From the NCBI RefSeq assembly GCF_001194135.2, contig NC_068985.1, positions 120,079,785 to 120,143,784 of the forward strand: DNA of 64,000 bases. Direction: 5' to 3'. The DNA comes from Octopus bimaculoides (Eukaryota). Within the stretch, counting starts at the first letter, position 1. Each line of letters begins with the position of its first letter. Both the position numbers and the translations under genes were made by a program. Below the pieces are notes generated by a model. It saw only the letters and a list, made by a program, of their open reading frames with translations. It was not told where the DNA came from and made no database searches. Below are positions 49,143 through 63,155 of this stretch, one piece after another.

Positions 49143-50955
49143 CGAGGCCGATGATGTTTAGAAATTTAGTGCTGCTTTTAATTCGTTATTGAATGTATAT
49201 CTGTGTATATTCGTAGTCATATGTACATTTGTTTATAAACATAAATTTACCGACACATGAACACACACATACACGCACGCACACACACACCTGCACATGT
49301 ATGTTTATATTTGTCAGTGGATTAACTCATAGAAAATGATTATGTCTCTTGGAATAAAGAATTCATAATAATAAATGAGTTTGTCCATAACCGTGAGTCC
49401 AAGCAAATATATTCCTTATCCTTCATATGGTCTTTAGGAACTGAAGAGTATATTGGAGAAGCAATACGTCTTCTGCAAAAGATACTGGGTTTCTTTTTTT
49501 CCATAACAGTTTGGCTTATTCTATAATGCAGAGGCCAACCCCGTTCAGCAGCCTGTGCCATGACTAAAGCGCTCATATTGCAGCTTATAATCAGGCTTAC
49601 TCGCATGCCATACAGTTTTACAGAGATCTTCCGTTACATTACATGGTAATTGTGTTTTGCTAATACTACGGCTTTTAATTACTAGTTTGAAGAGCTTTAC
49701 AAAGTCACATGTTTATTCTGTGTTTGTTCTGTGTTTATCCTCCCAAGTCACCGCAGAAAAGCAATGTCTGATAATTAAACCAACCGACGGGATATCGCAC
49801 AGTTTCTCTCTACTCAATTGCCTTTGCATGTCTTGGATGGATGCAAAGCAATAGTAAATTGGAACCTTATTATTTCGAAGCAAATCCCTAAATCATACAG
49901 CCCTGCTGCGTTCCTATAATTCGAAAATCCAGCACTAATTCTATCAAGGAATTAAGTTAAATCTACACTCGTTTATGAAATAAAGCAAGTCTTTCACATG
50001 AATCCAATGTACACTTCTTACAGTTGGACTGAACGATGGATATCTTTTTATTTATTGTGTAATAGAAAAAGGTAATAGACATGAATTAAAATCTCAGCCT
50101 ATGATGGCATGACAGATGCTATTAATAAAATAGCCAATTATTTTAATATTGTCAGTAATTGCTTTAATTCTTTCGCAAACTTAAAATCTATTGACACAAA
50201 AATTCGACATTATATAGAGAATTAAGATGGCCGTTTACTATTTGTAGTTAACACATAACTGCATACTGTATCATTAAGTAAATCTTTTAATTCTTGAGAT
50301 ATACAAAAGTTTTATTTTATATATCTCATTTGGGAAAGCTTCTTCAATTCAGTTTTATGCAGATTAATTAGCGAAAAGACTTTGTCAGATTTCACCTTTG
50401 TATAGGATATACATTTAAAACCTCGGGTTTGATCGAGGATTAAACGAAAGATACAATAGTTTGCATGTTTATAACTCCAAACGTATTTCGTTTTGCTTTT
50501 ATGTTTGTATATAATTCTTAATCTACAATTCTTAAATTATGTGATTTCGTTTTATCATTTCATTCGAATTTAAATATCTGTTTCAACCTTGTTCGTCATC
50601 TCCATACTGTTCAAAAACATTTGAATTCCTTCTTATGGAAAGTGAAACGTCGCGAAGTGAGTAGTTATGTTGTTGTTGTTGTTTTCTTCTTTGGCATAAT
50701 TGGGCTGACTGTCTAATCGAGATAATTGAGAAAATGCGCCGTAATATTTTAAAATATACCCTGAAATGTTACACATGGTATCAGATAAAAAGACCTTACG
50801 TTAAACAACAAAGTTTCCGACCAAATACTGTCTAACGACTATAAATATACGTCTTTGAATCTACGTATGCATATATGTGTTTCTAAGTATATATGCATGT
50901 ATGTATGTATATATATATATATATATATATTTTCAGTATGTATATAAGTATATAA

Positions 50956-51029
<74 letters not shown>

Positions 51030-51096
51030 GGGATAAAATCCAAAATTACAGGTAAAAACTCAATTAAAATCAATTTATTAAAAATTNNNNNNNNNN

Positions 51097-51136
<40 letters not shown>

Positions 51137-52000
51137 TATATATTTATGCATAATGTATGTAAGTATATATACATATATACCTATGTGTGTGTTTGTTTGT
51201 GTGTACATACACGTATATACACGCATACATAGATATATACATTCATACATACTAGCCATTCTGAATTATTTCCCTTACCTTATTTTGTTTGTACTATCTC
51301 TTACGCCAATTGCTCCATCGCTGCCGTATGTACCGCCAAATTGATCATACATTTGCCCTCTACTGATGCATCTGTCCCATTTCCAACGGCATCACTTTTT
51401 CACTTTTTTTTATCCTTTTCCACCTCTCAGCCTTAACTCTCCAACGTATGATCATACTTGCTGTCCACCTCCAACACTCTAATCCTATCATCCTCCCCCT
51501 CTTCCTTAAACCAACATCTCATTAAATCGTGCTCGTAAACTACGTGACTTTCATATTTGCAGCTCCCACTCCTCTTTCCCTCTGTTTTTCATGGATGTCC
51601 CCTTTGTTCCTAGAATTATTGTCACTCCTACTAACAAAGCCCAGTACCGTATCCCACTTTTTTTTCATTTCTTCATCTGCATCATTACTGGCGTCATTTA
51701 CAACTTCAAACTGCTTCCTCAGCAACACCTTGTACATTGTTTAATCCGCCTCCCATTTAGCTGACTGATACTTGGAACATCTTCGAAACAAGCTCTTCGG
51801 AAACCAAACCTCTATTTCACGCCATTTCGCATCCCAGTGTTTGGTTTTAACTTATGAATAGATCCTCTCTCTCTCTCTAGTGTCACAGAGAAGCGTTATA
51901 TTTTATCTTTAGTTTACCATATTTCCTCCTCAATTCACCACTCATCTTCATTCAACACGTCTTGCAAACACATCGTACACAAACACAGACACAGAGACAC

Positions 52001-52050
52001 ACGCGGGCGCACGCGGGCGCACGCGGGCGCACGCGGGCGCACGCGGGCGC
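52001..52050 (+). repeat. (ACGCGGGCGC)5 minisatellite
   Basis: Five exact 10-bp units. Confidence 0.97.
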
Positions 52051-52470
52051 ACGCTCGCACACATACCTAATGAACATTTCAGAGCATGAAATATCGCACT
52101 ATCTATATCAAATAATGAATACCTCTACACATTTACAAAATGATGGATATATTTCCCTATACTCACACATATACACGTACGTAACTGTACGTACGACATA
52201 CAGAAACACAAGGGCTCATACAATCGCACTTACAAACATGTACATAAAACAAGTCTATATTCTACACACGCAGTCACACATATACACAGAAAATGTGGAT
52301 GCCTTCATGCACGAAATAATTTCCCCTTACTCATCCATTACACATCGGTCAACCAATTCTGCTCCCATCAGTTCAGAAGCACATAAATACACTCCCAATA
52401 AAATATCGCAGATGCGTTTCTGCTCTCTCTCTCTCTCTCGCTCGCTCTCTCTCTCTCTCTCTCTCTTTCT

Positions 52471-52503
<33 letters not shown>

Positions 52504-52512
52504 ACTCCCTTG

Positions 52513-53603
52513 CTCTCTGTCGCTATCCCTCTCACTTTCTCACTCTCAGACATATACAACCGATCGACACAAGCATGCACTCATACAGTTACATCTGCGT
52601 GCAAAAATCTACATCACAATATCACTGACACACAAACGCATACACATACACACTTACACCGCCACACACCAACACACACTTCTGTTCCCTTTCTACTCGT
52701 TGTGTTCCCTTTCTAGCCCCAAAATATCCCATATAATATACTACTTAATTCCCATAAGATAGCAGCCAAACACCACGAGGTTCCTCACACTGGCACTACT
52801 TCCGAACTTTTACCCCCTTTGATTCTCTTGCTCTTTTCTCCTTTTTTTCCCCTATCCGAAGAAGACGTTTGTCCGAAACGTTAACTGTGAACTCTTCGCA
52901 TTCCACTGTGAGTCATACGAATAATAGTTATGCACACTTTTTACTGCTTTTTTATTTCGTTCTGCACTTTCTCGCTACATATATATATATATATTGTACA
53001 TACACGCACACTCTCATATATATATATATANNNNNNNNNNNNNNNNNNNNNNNNNNNNNNNNNNNNNNNNNNNNNNNNNNNNNNNNNNNNNNNNNNNNNN
53101 NNNNNNNNNNNNNNNNNNNNNNNNNNNNNNNNNNNNNNNNNNNNNNNNNNNNNNNNNNNNNNNNNNNNNNNNNNNNNNNNNNNNNNNNNNNNNNNNNNNN
53201 NNNNNNNNNNNNNNNNNNNNNNNNNNNNNNNNNNNNNNNNNNNNNNNNNNNNNNNNNNNNNNNNNNNNNNNNNNNNNNNNNNNNNNNNNNNNNNNNNNNN
53301 NNNNNNNNNNNNNNNNNNNNNNNNNNNNNNNNNNNNNNGTATGTGTGCACGCTCATATGTGTGCGCGCACTTATGTGTTCGTGCTTATATGTACGTACGT
53401 AAGCATGGGGCTAGAAAGGGAACACAACGGCTAGAAAGGGAACAGAAGCGTGTGTTGGTGTGTGGCGGTGTAAGTGTGTATGTGTATGCGTTTGTGTGTC
53501 AGTGATATTGTGATGTAGATTTGCACGCAGATGTAACTGTATGAGTGCATGCTTGTGTCGATCGGTTGTATAGTGAGAAAGTGAGAGGGATAGCGACAGA
53601 GAG
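52513..53603. repeat. About 200-bp inverted repeat (52513-52720 / 53407-53603) spanning a gap
   Basis: Arms are reverse complements with about 3 substitutions, a 2-nt indel and a 9-nt indel. Confidence 0.92.
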
Positions 53604-56573
53604 AAATACACGTACGAAATATATATACACATATATACACACATACATATATATACACACACACATATATATATACACACCCACACATCCACACAAACAT
53701 ATATCTGTAGAAATACATATATTTTTGTATGGTAGTTGTATACTCCTTATGCGGAGTTTGACCACCTACACCTTTATGCATTATTAATAGATCCTTTTCA
53801 TTCGGTATCTTTACTCTAGTTTTAATTGATCAACTGAGTACGAAGGTAGTAACTTAAGTGAATTTCTAACGTTTCGCAATGTGTGAACACTATATTGTTT
53901 CAGGGTAATTTTATTGTTTTTGTAATACTATACAAAACATGTGCTTCCAGAATTACCTCTGCCTTTTAATTGAAAGAAAATCTTCAAGATTGATGTTATA
54001 TATAAAACAACGTTTAGTACGGCAGCCATCAAGTTGAGTCGATCATATCATTACCAACATTAAATATGGATGCTTGCTGGACAGCTATTTTTATGACATT
54101 GAATTTCATCATGTTTCTAGGCATTGTATTCGCTAGCAGAAACAGACCACTTAGTGATATCGCTATTAATGTCTTGTGATTTAACTGATCTCACAGTATA
54201 TGTATATGACTTTGTTGACACTGTTATTCCACGGGAATGCTGATTTAAGCATTGCTTTTCCCCTTCACGTAAATAAAACAGAAATGGAATATAATGCTAT
54301 AGAGTTACCAATAAATCACGAAACACACTGAAATGTAGCGGGGTCGGCGATACGTGTTTTACCTTCAATTGATGTTGTATTATTTTTGTTTGCAATAACG
54401 TTATCTGTAATCACTGGGTGTTATTTGAGATTTACAGAAATTATCATGAACTGTTAATCCATGTCAAGCAGGTCAGTGTCAACCGACGGTGCTATATTGT
54501 TTTAGGAGTATTTTCGTATTACTGTGATTGATGTGGCAACCTGCATTCGTCGTTTGCGTCAACAGTAGCAAGGTCATCTTGCCAAACATACCTGTTGGTT
54601 GTAGACTCATAATTACTTAAATCTTGTCATGAAAAATTCATATAATTACTATTCTATTAATTTATCAGTATAAACGACATAAAACAGTGTTCAATTGTTT
54701 ATACAGGAACAAAAGAATAGACCTAGCTCTCTCTTATTCTCGCTGTCTCCCTTTCTCTCTCTCTCTCTCTCTCTCACTCTCTTTCTCTCTTCGCTCTCTC
54801 TCTCTCTCTCATACACTCTCAAAACATCCAGATATGGAAATCCTTTGAATTTCAGGTATATCAGTAATCGTCCAAATGTTTCTATGTGTGACAAATGTAG
54901 TCTCTAAATTCAACAGTCTCTAGCTATTTGATCAATCATAAAGATCTAGACAAACTAGTCGCAAAACAATAATATTCACCTCCATCTACTGTAGTACAGT
55001 GGGAAACAATTGAAGCATAAATGGGAAATTTAGATTTATGCCTAGTTAAACAGTATCTACCAACGTATATCTCTTAACTTGCGGCAAATTTAAGAAATGA
55101 GATAATGATAACTTAGTGTGCAAATCAATTCCAGCAATTATCTATAGTTCTCTCGTTGCTCTTCACTGTCCGTCTCCGCACAATAATAGCCAAGATTTTA
55201 ACGAAATCTTTCCGAATAGACTATTATTCTCCAATTTACAATATAATGCAGACTTTCCGAATAGTTAAATTTAAATAGAATTATTTAAGTCCGGAGAGAT
55301 GTGGTGTGGTAGAACCAACAGAATGTTTGACAAATCATTTTTGATAATTTATATCACTATTGAACATAATGTATTCAAATCTTGACAGTCTCACTATTTT
55401 TACTCTTCTGGGACATCAAAACAATAGCCAATCGAAATCATTTCAATAAAATATATTTCTTCTCTAAAAAATTCATGACCTTACGTCAAAGTAAAACATC
55501 ATAATATAAAACTCTATGTGAGTAACCAAGTCAATAAGGCATCAAAGCAATTGTATTACTAAATTAAATCTCTTGCAAATATGAATAGAATAGCTACCTT
55601 CTATTACAAATATCATTATTCGGATATACTCCATGTTCTGGTGAGCAGAACATTTCTCTGGTCACTTAGTTATCAGATTAAGCAAGACAGAGGCAGGATT
55701 TTCTCTTATCTCGTACAAAATGGAGTAAATAGCTTAAAGCTGTCTTTCCTTGATGCCACGCAGATTGGTTAATATCCACAAATACAAAGTATGTCTTCAT
55801 AAGGTAGAATGTCCTTACTGAATAGGCGTTTGCGGCAATTGCATATGGGCGCTTCCAATAAAATTAGTGTAAGTGTGTGCCACTTACAGTTATAGTGTGC
55901 GAAGCTGGAGTGATATTTTCTAAAGAGGAATAACTAACTTCATTATGATACATGGAAAATATAGCTGTGTAATTTATGTGTTCTTGAGAACTGCTCTTTG
56001 GACAAAAACTGATAATGGAGAAAAATTTCTTGAATACATTCGTAAAACGCTCCGTGTTGATACTTTACTGAAATTGTATAGGTTTTGCCTATGATAGCAA
56101 GGAAAAGTACCTTTGTATGTTGCGTCCGTGTTATCTGCCATTCAGCATTTGTTCCATAATGCCCTACAAATAAATATTTCAACGCTTAGCGACACTATAG
56201 AAACTATCCAAATATTGATTTTATCATGTCAGCCGTACTGACTACTATAAGTTACCTTTATACATCATTCTTCATAAAAAAAAGTCTTCTTTATTACTCG
56301 TCTCTGCCCCGCCTCTTAAATCGAGTGTACATAAAAGATCAGATGTAATTATACGCGCGAGGAATTTGGGGTAAAATAGATTAAGTCAAATGTTGTTAAT
56401 ACATATATTTGATCTCCACCTATTCTAAATTACCTTTACTTTTCTTTGTAAATCTATTTGCCTTCACAAATGCACACATGTGAGTATGTATATGTTATAT
56501 TATATTTTTTCTTTCGTTTGATTTCCATTATACTTCAGCTTGCGGCCGGGTTTCAAACAAAGTCCTAAGGCAC

Positions 56574-56613
<40 letters not shown>

Positions 56614-57590
56614 CATATAGAGATACTTCTTGAGAGGGTGAGCGGTTGATATCAGTATAATGTCTTGNNNNNNNNNNNNNNNNNNNNNNNNNNNNNNNNN
56701 NNNNNNNNNNNNNNNNNNNNNNNNNNNNNNNNNNNNNNNNNNNNNNNNNNNNNNNNNNNNNNNNNNNNNNNNNNNNNNNNNNNNNNNNNNNNNNNNNNNN
56801 NNNNNNNNNNNNNNNNNNNNNNNNNNNNNNNNNNNNNNNNNNNNNNNNNNNNNNNNNNNNNNNNNNNNNNNNNNNNNNNNNNNNNNNNNNNNNNNNNNNN
56901 NNNNNNNNNNNNNNNNNNNNNNNNNNNNNNNNNNNNNNNNNNNNNNNNNNNNNNNNNNNNNNNNNNNNNNNNNNNNNNNNNNNNNNNNNNNNNNNNNNNN
57001 NNNNNNNNNNNNNNNNNNNNNNNNNNNNNNNNNNNNNNNNNNNNNNNNNNNNNNNNNNNNNNNNNNNNNNNNNNNNNNNNNNNNNNNNNNNNNNNNNNNN
57101 NNNNNNNNNNNNNNNNNNNNNNNNNNNNNNNNNNNNNNNNNNNNNNNNNNNNNNNNNNNNNNNNNNNNNNNNNNNNNNNNNNNNNNNNNNNNNNNNNNNN
57201 NNNNNNNNNNNNNNNNNNNNNNNNNNNNNNNNNNNNNNNNNNNNNNNNNNNNNNNNNNNNNNNNNNNNNNNNNNNNNNNNNNNNNNNNNNNNNNNNNNNN
57301 NNNNNNNNNNNNNNNNNNNNNNNNNNNNNNNNNNNNNNNNNNNNNNNNNNNNNNNNNNNNNNNNNNNNNNNNNNNNNNNNNNNNNNNNNNNNNNNNNNNN
57401 NNNNNNNNNNNNNNNNNNNNNNNNNNNNNNNNNNNNNNNNNNNNNNNNNNNNNNNNNNNNNNNNNNNNNNNNNNNNNNNNNNNNNNNNNNNNNNNCATAT
57501 ATTGGCCAACGGGTTTTAGGGTCTGAATAAATACTGTAAGGCTAAGGGCTTTATGGACGTGAAATCCAGGGTAAACCCATCGACCTGTCA

Positions 57591-57633
<43 letters not shown>

Positions 57634-57650
57634 ATATCTATCTATCTATC

Positions 57651-57682
57651 GATCGATCGATCGATCGATCGATCGATCGATC
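57651..57682. repeat. (GATC)8 within an (ATCT)n/(ATGT)n compound array
   Basis: Direct reading. Confidence 0.97.
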
Positions 57683-58332
57683 TATGTATGTATGTGTGTA
57701 TGTATGTCTGCCTGTGTGTATGTATGTATGTGTGTATGTATGTACAGCAAGCTCTTTTGCTCTGTCTGGCTGAGTGTTCTGTATAAGTACGTCCGTGTAT
57801 CATGCGTGTGCGCATATTTGTGAGCTCGTGCGTAATTTTTGCAGCTTTAACCGAGCGCTGATGATAAATATTTATGAAATGAATACTCTTAATTCGAAAT
57901 ATCTCATGATGCACAAAGCGCATACACGCAGTCAGGACCAGAACGCTAGAAATTCGAGACAACTACATAACTGTAGCATGTTATCGCGCAAAATCACACG
58001 CAGACTTATGCATGCACAAATACCCACACACACACAGACATACATACACGCACATACGCACGCACAATCACACGCACGCGCCTACTAAGGGGGGGGGAGC
58101 GTTAGTTCGCATCCTGATTCAACATTCATTTAGCCTACAGTTATAAAAGCCTAGAGTAACGTCGCTTCAGGCGTTATTAGTTATTCAATTGTATTTCTGT
58201 ATATTTAATAATAAACACCTCCTAGTTAATGATTACAACCATTACTTTTCTTGTTTATGTTATACCCCTTGTTGTATGTCTTTCATAATTGACAATCCCC
58301 TCCCACTCTCTCCCTCTCTCTCTCTCTCTCTT

Positions 58333-58364
<32 letters not shown>

Positions 58365-58594
58365 TTAATCCTTTATATTGAACACTCAATATTTCATCTA
58401 TTCAATAAGACATATTCCATATATTCAATAAGACATTCAATACTTTATTTCATTGTACCATCCATTTTTATTTTATATCATATATTGTATATCATATTAT
58501 GTATTGTATATTCCATATTCTATATCCCACATTGGTTTTGCAGGAATATAAATAAAACATAAAAAACAGATAGTGTTGGAACTCTTTTAAACAA

Positions 58595-58683
<89 letters not shown>

Positions 58684-59999
58684 AGTATGTATGTATATAT
58701 ATATGTATGTATATATGTGTATATATTATATATATGTATATATAGTCAAACATGGATATATATGTTATATATACGCATACATTTAATGGAAGTACTATAT
58801 ATATATATATATGTATACATATATTGTGTATACACACATTTCCTCTCACACTCACAAACACACACTCACATACACATAAATGCACACACATACATACATA
58901 TATCCATATATACATACGTATAAAGCAACAATTGTTTTCCTCTCTACTTACCAATAGGTTCTGCAAACAAAGAACTTAGCGAAACCACCCCTAAATTATA
59001 AATTAGGTGTTAAGTCAGAATATTTAGATGTATTTCATATTTCTACTTTTACTTCTGATACTGAAGTCAGCGTTAATTCAATTGAAGATTCTGATTTAGG
59101 TTTTCAAATGAAATTGGGAAAAGAAAATAATGGCAACTTTAATTAATGACTATTATTCTGAAGTATAAGAATTTCATTAAAGAACCTTCATTAGACTAGT
59201 CGAATACTACAGACTATAAAATACCTAACAAACAAGTAAAATATATGAAAAATCATAAAATACTTTTCATGACTTCAGGGCTAAATTTTTTCCTGAATTT
59301 CAGTATTGATTAATCACATGACTTCTACCGATCGAATTAAACGATGTGGTGGGGGTGAGGATAGGAGCGTGGTAGGTAGGTGGGATAGGAGAGGAGTGGA
59401 GGCAGGATTTTTGACTGTATTGATCGTTGTCATTTGAACTGATTGCTGTATGTGAATTTTTTGGTTGAGACGATTGAAATATCTCATATATATATTTTTT
59501 TTATTCTTTCGCCCCGTGTCAGTACTAATATCACTTTAAATTATAATTGCCCGGAGCAATTGATAGAAACGTCACGAAAAAGAATATAAGGGGCATTGGC
59601 AGATTTGGAAAGAATCCCTTGTGGAATTTGTTCCGTCTACTTGTTCTATAATTAGCAAATACTCTCAGTTTAACTTTGATTTTCATTTTACATTTTTTGT
59701 GGCGAGAGTGGAGATTTATTAAAACGTATGCTATCAAGGGGGTGGATCAGCGGAAATGTAAGAAGCCTCGCATCGGAAGCTAGTAGTTCACCACAGGCTA
59801 CTAGAGTGCCTTTAACGACTTCCCCTAGATTCTAAGCTTTTGATGCAGATCTCAAATTTGCAGAAAACTTTCACCTTCTCTTCCGCTTGTCTTGAAGAAA
59901 CTTTAAATGATCATAGGTACAACATTCTCCCTTAACTAAAACAGAAAACTATTAATAAAGAGATAAAGATGAAAAATGACTAACTATTACATAGCCACT

Positions 60000-60100
60000 G
60001 AACGCCATCGACACCAACGCTGAAAGGATGGAAGGAATATTCTGTCTTTGGCTAGTTTGAACTCAGAATTATAGGTATGGGACTAAATACTGCAAGGTAT
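60000..60100 (-). mobile_element. Decayed SINE family B-related fragment
   Basis: ATCGAC...GAAAGGATGGAAGG...TTTGAACTCAGAA. Confidence 0.55.
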
Positions 60101-60692
60101 TTTAAATATGCTATTATGTATGCGCTGCTTTGGATGTATAATGTATGCCCTCATCTATAAAAAAGAATTAATTAGAACCAAAGCCAGAGACCATGGCCCT
60201 TACAAACTTTCTGTGATTGGAAAAAGTAATGCCCTGGGTGTTCTGTTAAAACTATTGCTGCTCACCCTGCAGGGAAGATATAAACAGAGCTATTTTCCAG
60301 AGGGTCAACGTTCTAAAGTATAAGGATATCGTATAATGGATAACGCTGACAAATGGGGGACTAAACTCAAGAATAATGACGAGTGATGGAGAAACAGTGG
60401 GGTCGGTGTATTGGAGTGGTGGAGATACGAAACCAGCTACCTCTGAGGATCAGAGGCCATTACAATGGCGATAGAAAAGCCATAAAGGGGAGACAGGACG
60501 CTGGTTGGTTCAGTGGCTTAGGTATATCAGTGATTGAGTGCCAATCAGTTAGGGGATACTTCTCTTTTTTGGATTCAAATCTAAAAGAAACTTTTTTGTT
60601 CCGTCATTCTTTCTAAAGCCGGACATTTATTCATACGATTTTCAGTTGAATTACCAATTTGGAATAGATGCCAATATTGCATGGTTATATTG

Positions 60693-60908
60693 TAAGGCGG
60701 CGAGCTGGCAGAATCCTTATCACGCTGGGTAAAACGCTGAGCAGCTTTTCGTCCGCCTTTACGTTCTGGGTTCAAATTCCGCCGAAGTCGACTTAGCATT
60801 TTATCCTTTCGGAGTCGATAAAACGAGTGCCTGTTGAGTAGAGAAGTTGATGAAACCAACTTACACCCTACCCTAAAATTGCTGGTCTTGTGCCAAAATT
60901 CGAAACTA
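60693..60908 (+). mobile_element. SINE family B
   Basis: TAAGGCGGCGAGCTGGCAGAATC...GGTTCAAATTCCGCCGAAGTCGAC...TTGTGCCAAAATTCGAAAC. Confidence 0.92.
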
Positions 60909-62199
60909 TCCGGTCATCCCATAATTTCTGTCCAATTTTAACTCATTTAAAATTGAATGAAATTTAGTAGTATTTTAGAATGTCTAAAAGGAATAAAAAA
61001 TTATTTTTATGCATTTTTGTACATTTAAACTAATTAGATATTATTTTACGGAATAATAGAATTAAAATTTCTTTGATTAAAACCCTTTCTAACATGGACG
61101 TATCCAAAGAGCAGTTGAGGCACATAATGCTTTATGAGTACAAAAAAGGAAACTTTGCAGCCAAAGCGACTCAAAACATACACTCAGTTTATGGGAAAGA
61201 ATGCTTGAATGAAAGAACTTGCAGAAGATGGTTTGCAAAATCCAGAAGTGGAGATTTCAGCCTTGAAGATGAAGATTGAACAGAACTTCCTGTTGAGTTT
61301 GATGATAAACCCGTTGAGGCATTACTTGAAGAAAATCCTGCATTATCAGTTGAGGAATTGGCAGTAAAGCTTAGTTCAAACCATACAACTGTTCATCGTC
61401 ATCTTCAACAACTTGGAAAGGTTCCTAAACTTGAAAAATGGGTGCCTCATGAATTGTCCAAAAACAAACGCAAATCCCGAGTTGACATCTGCTCTTCTCT
61501 CCATTCTCGCAAACTCCTTTTACCCTTTTTGGATAGACTTGTGACTGGTGACGAAAAATGGATATTCTATCGAAATGTTAAACGTCGTAAACAGTCGCTT
61601 GGTAAAAGGGAAGAAGCTCAATCACATCCGAGAAGGGAACTTCATGGGGAAAGGGTATTTCTCTCTATCTGGTGGGATTGCAAAGGAGTAATTCCCTTTG
61701 AATTGTTACCATATCATGCAACAATCAATGCTCAAGTCTACAGTCAGCAATTAAAGCGTTCCAATCAAGCTTTGCAGAAAGAAAGACCTGCTTTAGTGAA
61801 TCGAAAAGGAGTAATGTTTCATCAGGACAATGCGCGACCCTACACTGCAAAGATCACATCACAGAAGATCGAAGATCTTGGTTGGGAAAAAATTCCTCAT
61901 CCACCTTATTCAACCGACCTTGCTCCTTCAGACTAACATTTGTTTTGTAGTTTACAGAATCATTTGGGGGACATAACTTTCGCAAACCAGGAGGATGTCG
62001 AAACTGACATTTCAGAGTTCTTCGCTTTGAAACCAAAAGAGTCTTACATTGATGGGATTAAAAAGCTTGTAAATAAATGGAAGGAAGTCATATATAACCA
62101 GAGAAAGTATATTGATGATTAAATTTCAATTAAATATAACATTTGATCACTTGTTTTCTTTATTCAAAATTTGGACAGAACTTATGGGATGAGCTGATA
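60907..62199 (+). mobile_element. Full-length mariner element with TA target duplication
   Basis: TA|TCCGGTCATCCCATAATTTCTGTCCAATTTT and reverse-complement TA|TCAGCTCATCCCATAAGTTCTGTCCAAATTTT. Confidence 0.96.
61094..62122 (+). pseudogene. Mariner DD34D transposase, 342 codons in one frame with two premature stops
   Basis: WVPHEL, VTGDEKW, HQDNARP...YSTDLAPSD (34 residues between the second and third D). Stops at 61277-61279 and 61934-61936; no frameshift. Confidence 0.96.
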
Positions 62200-63047
62200 A
62201 TATCGTACAAACACATTCAAAAGTTTCAAACGCACCAGAAGACTTATCTACCAAAATAATTTTAAATGAGTAAATTTCTTTCGAATAAACATCAAATATC
62301 TTCCATAACTTAAGTGCATGCCTCTATTACTGATAAAAATTATTACATATTTTTAGTACCATATAGTAATGTTCACACTTTTCTTTAGGAAGGACGCTGT
62401 CATAACATTATTCATTTGTGTGTAATTATTATAATTATTCTCCTTTGAAATTACAATAATTACATACAGATAATATGAATTTATGATGGTTATTTGTGCA
62501 TCTTTATAATTTTATACTTGCTTCAAGGGAAGTTCTTTCTCATTATTTTTTTGATGATTAACGAAATTCTGTTTTTGTTAATCATATGATAATAATGTGC
62601 GAGTCCACAGTCAATTTGTTGGTTCGCAAGTGGTTAAGCTAAGTGATGCGTAAAAATAATATTTGTAAACTTGGTACCAGGTCACAGCCTTTGTCTACTC
62701 CAAGGCAACAAAATACAAATTCACCTCAGACATAGATTGAACTTAGAAGATAAACTATGTAGGGTTTCCGTCGGTCAAGTCCGGTTATGCATCTGTATAT
62801 GCATGTGCAAACCTATGTTAAATATTTTGAGAAAGGCTAAAAATAGGCTAAACGTTCAATTCGCCTTTCTCCACGTCAATGATATTTATCCGAAAGGAAA
62901 GCTGCAGTTTGGGTTGATACAGTTTGGCATCAATTTCGCCGCAAAAGTTGCACCAATGATGAAAAGAACTGGAAGAAATAGCATCAGAAATCTTACCCGA
63001 TTATTCAACAGTCTGTCAGCCCACCACTCACACTTGATACCTATTTG

Positions 63048-63155
63048 CTAGACGCCAAAGGGTATGAAATTCAAAACTGACTCTGTCGGAATTTGATCCC
63101 AGATACCACCAGGCATTCTATCCAACGCTTAAATCATTCAACCAGTTTGCCGACT
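63048..63155 (-). mobile_element. Decayed SINE family B-related copy
   Basis: GAAATTCAAAACTGACTCTGTCGGAATTTGATCCCAG...CCAGTTTGCCG. Confidence 0.6.

Noticed and set aside
49340-49854. Ordinary-composition ORFs of 65-88 aa
   Set aside because: No domain recognised; lengths are within chance expectation.
54435-54520. NPCQAGQCQ EGF-like string and candidate micro-exon (tttacag...CAG|GTCAGT)
   Set aside because: Lacks the full six-cysteine spacing and has no supporting neighbouring exons.
180-58979. Long ORFs rich in VC/HT/YI repeats or X
   Set aside because: They are translations of (TG)n, (CA)n, (TA)n arrays and N gaps, with no protein signal.
60180-60570. Possible decayed LINE RT (NQRPVSL, TQGITFS on the minus strand)
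   Set aside because: Only two loose motifs with many stops.
62671-63051. 126-aa plus-strand ORF
   Set aside because: No start context or homology recognised; likely chance.
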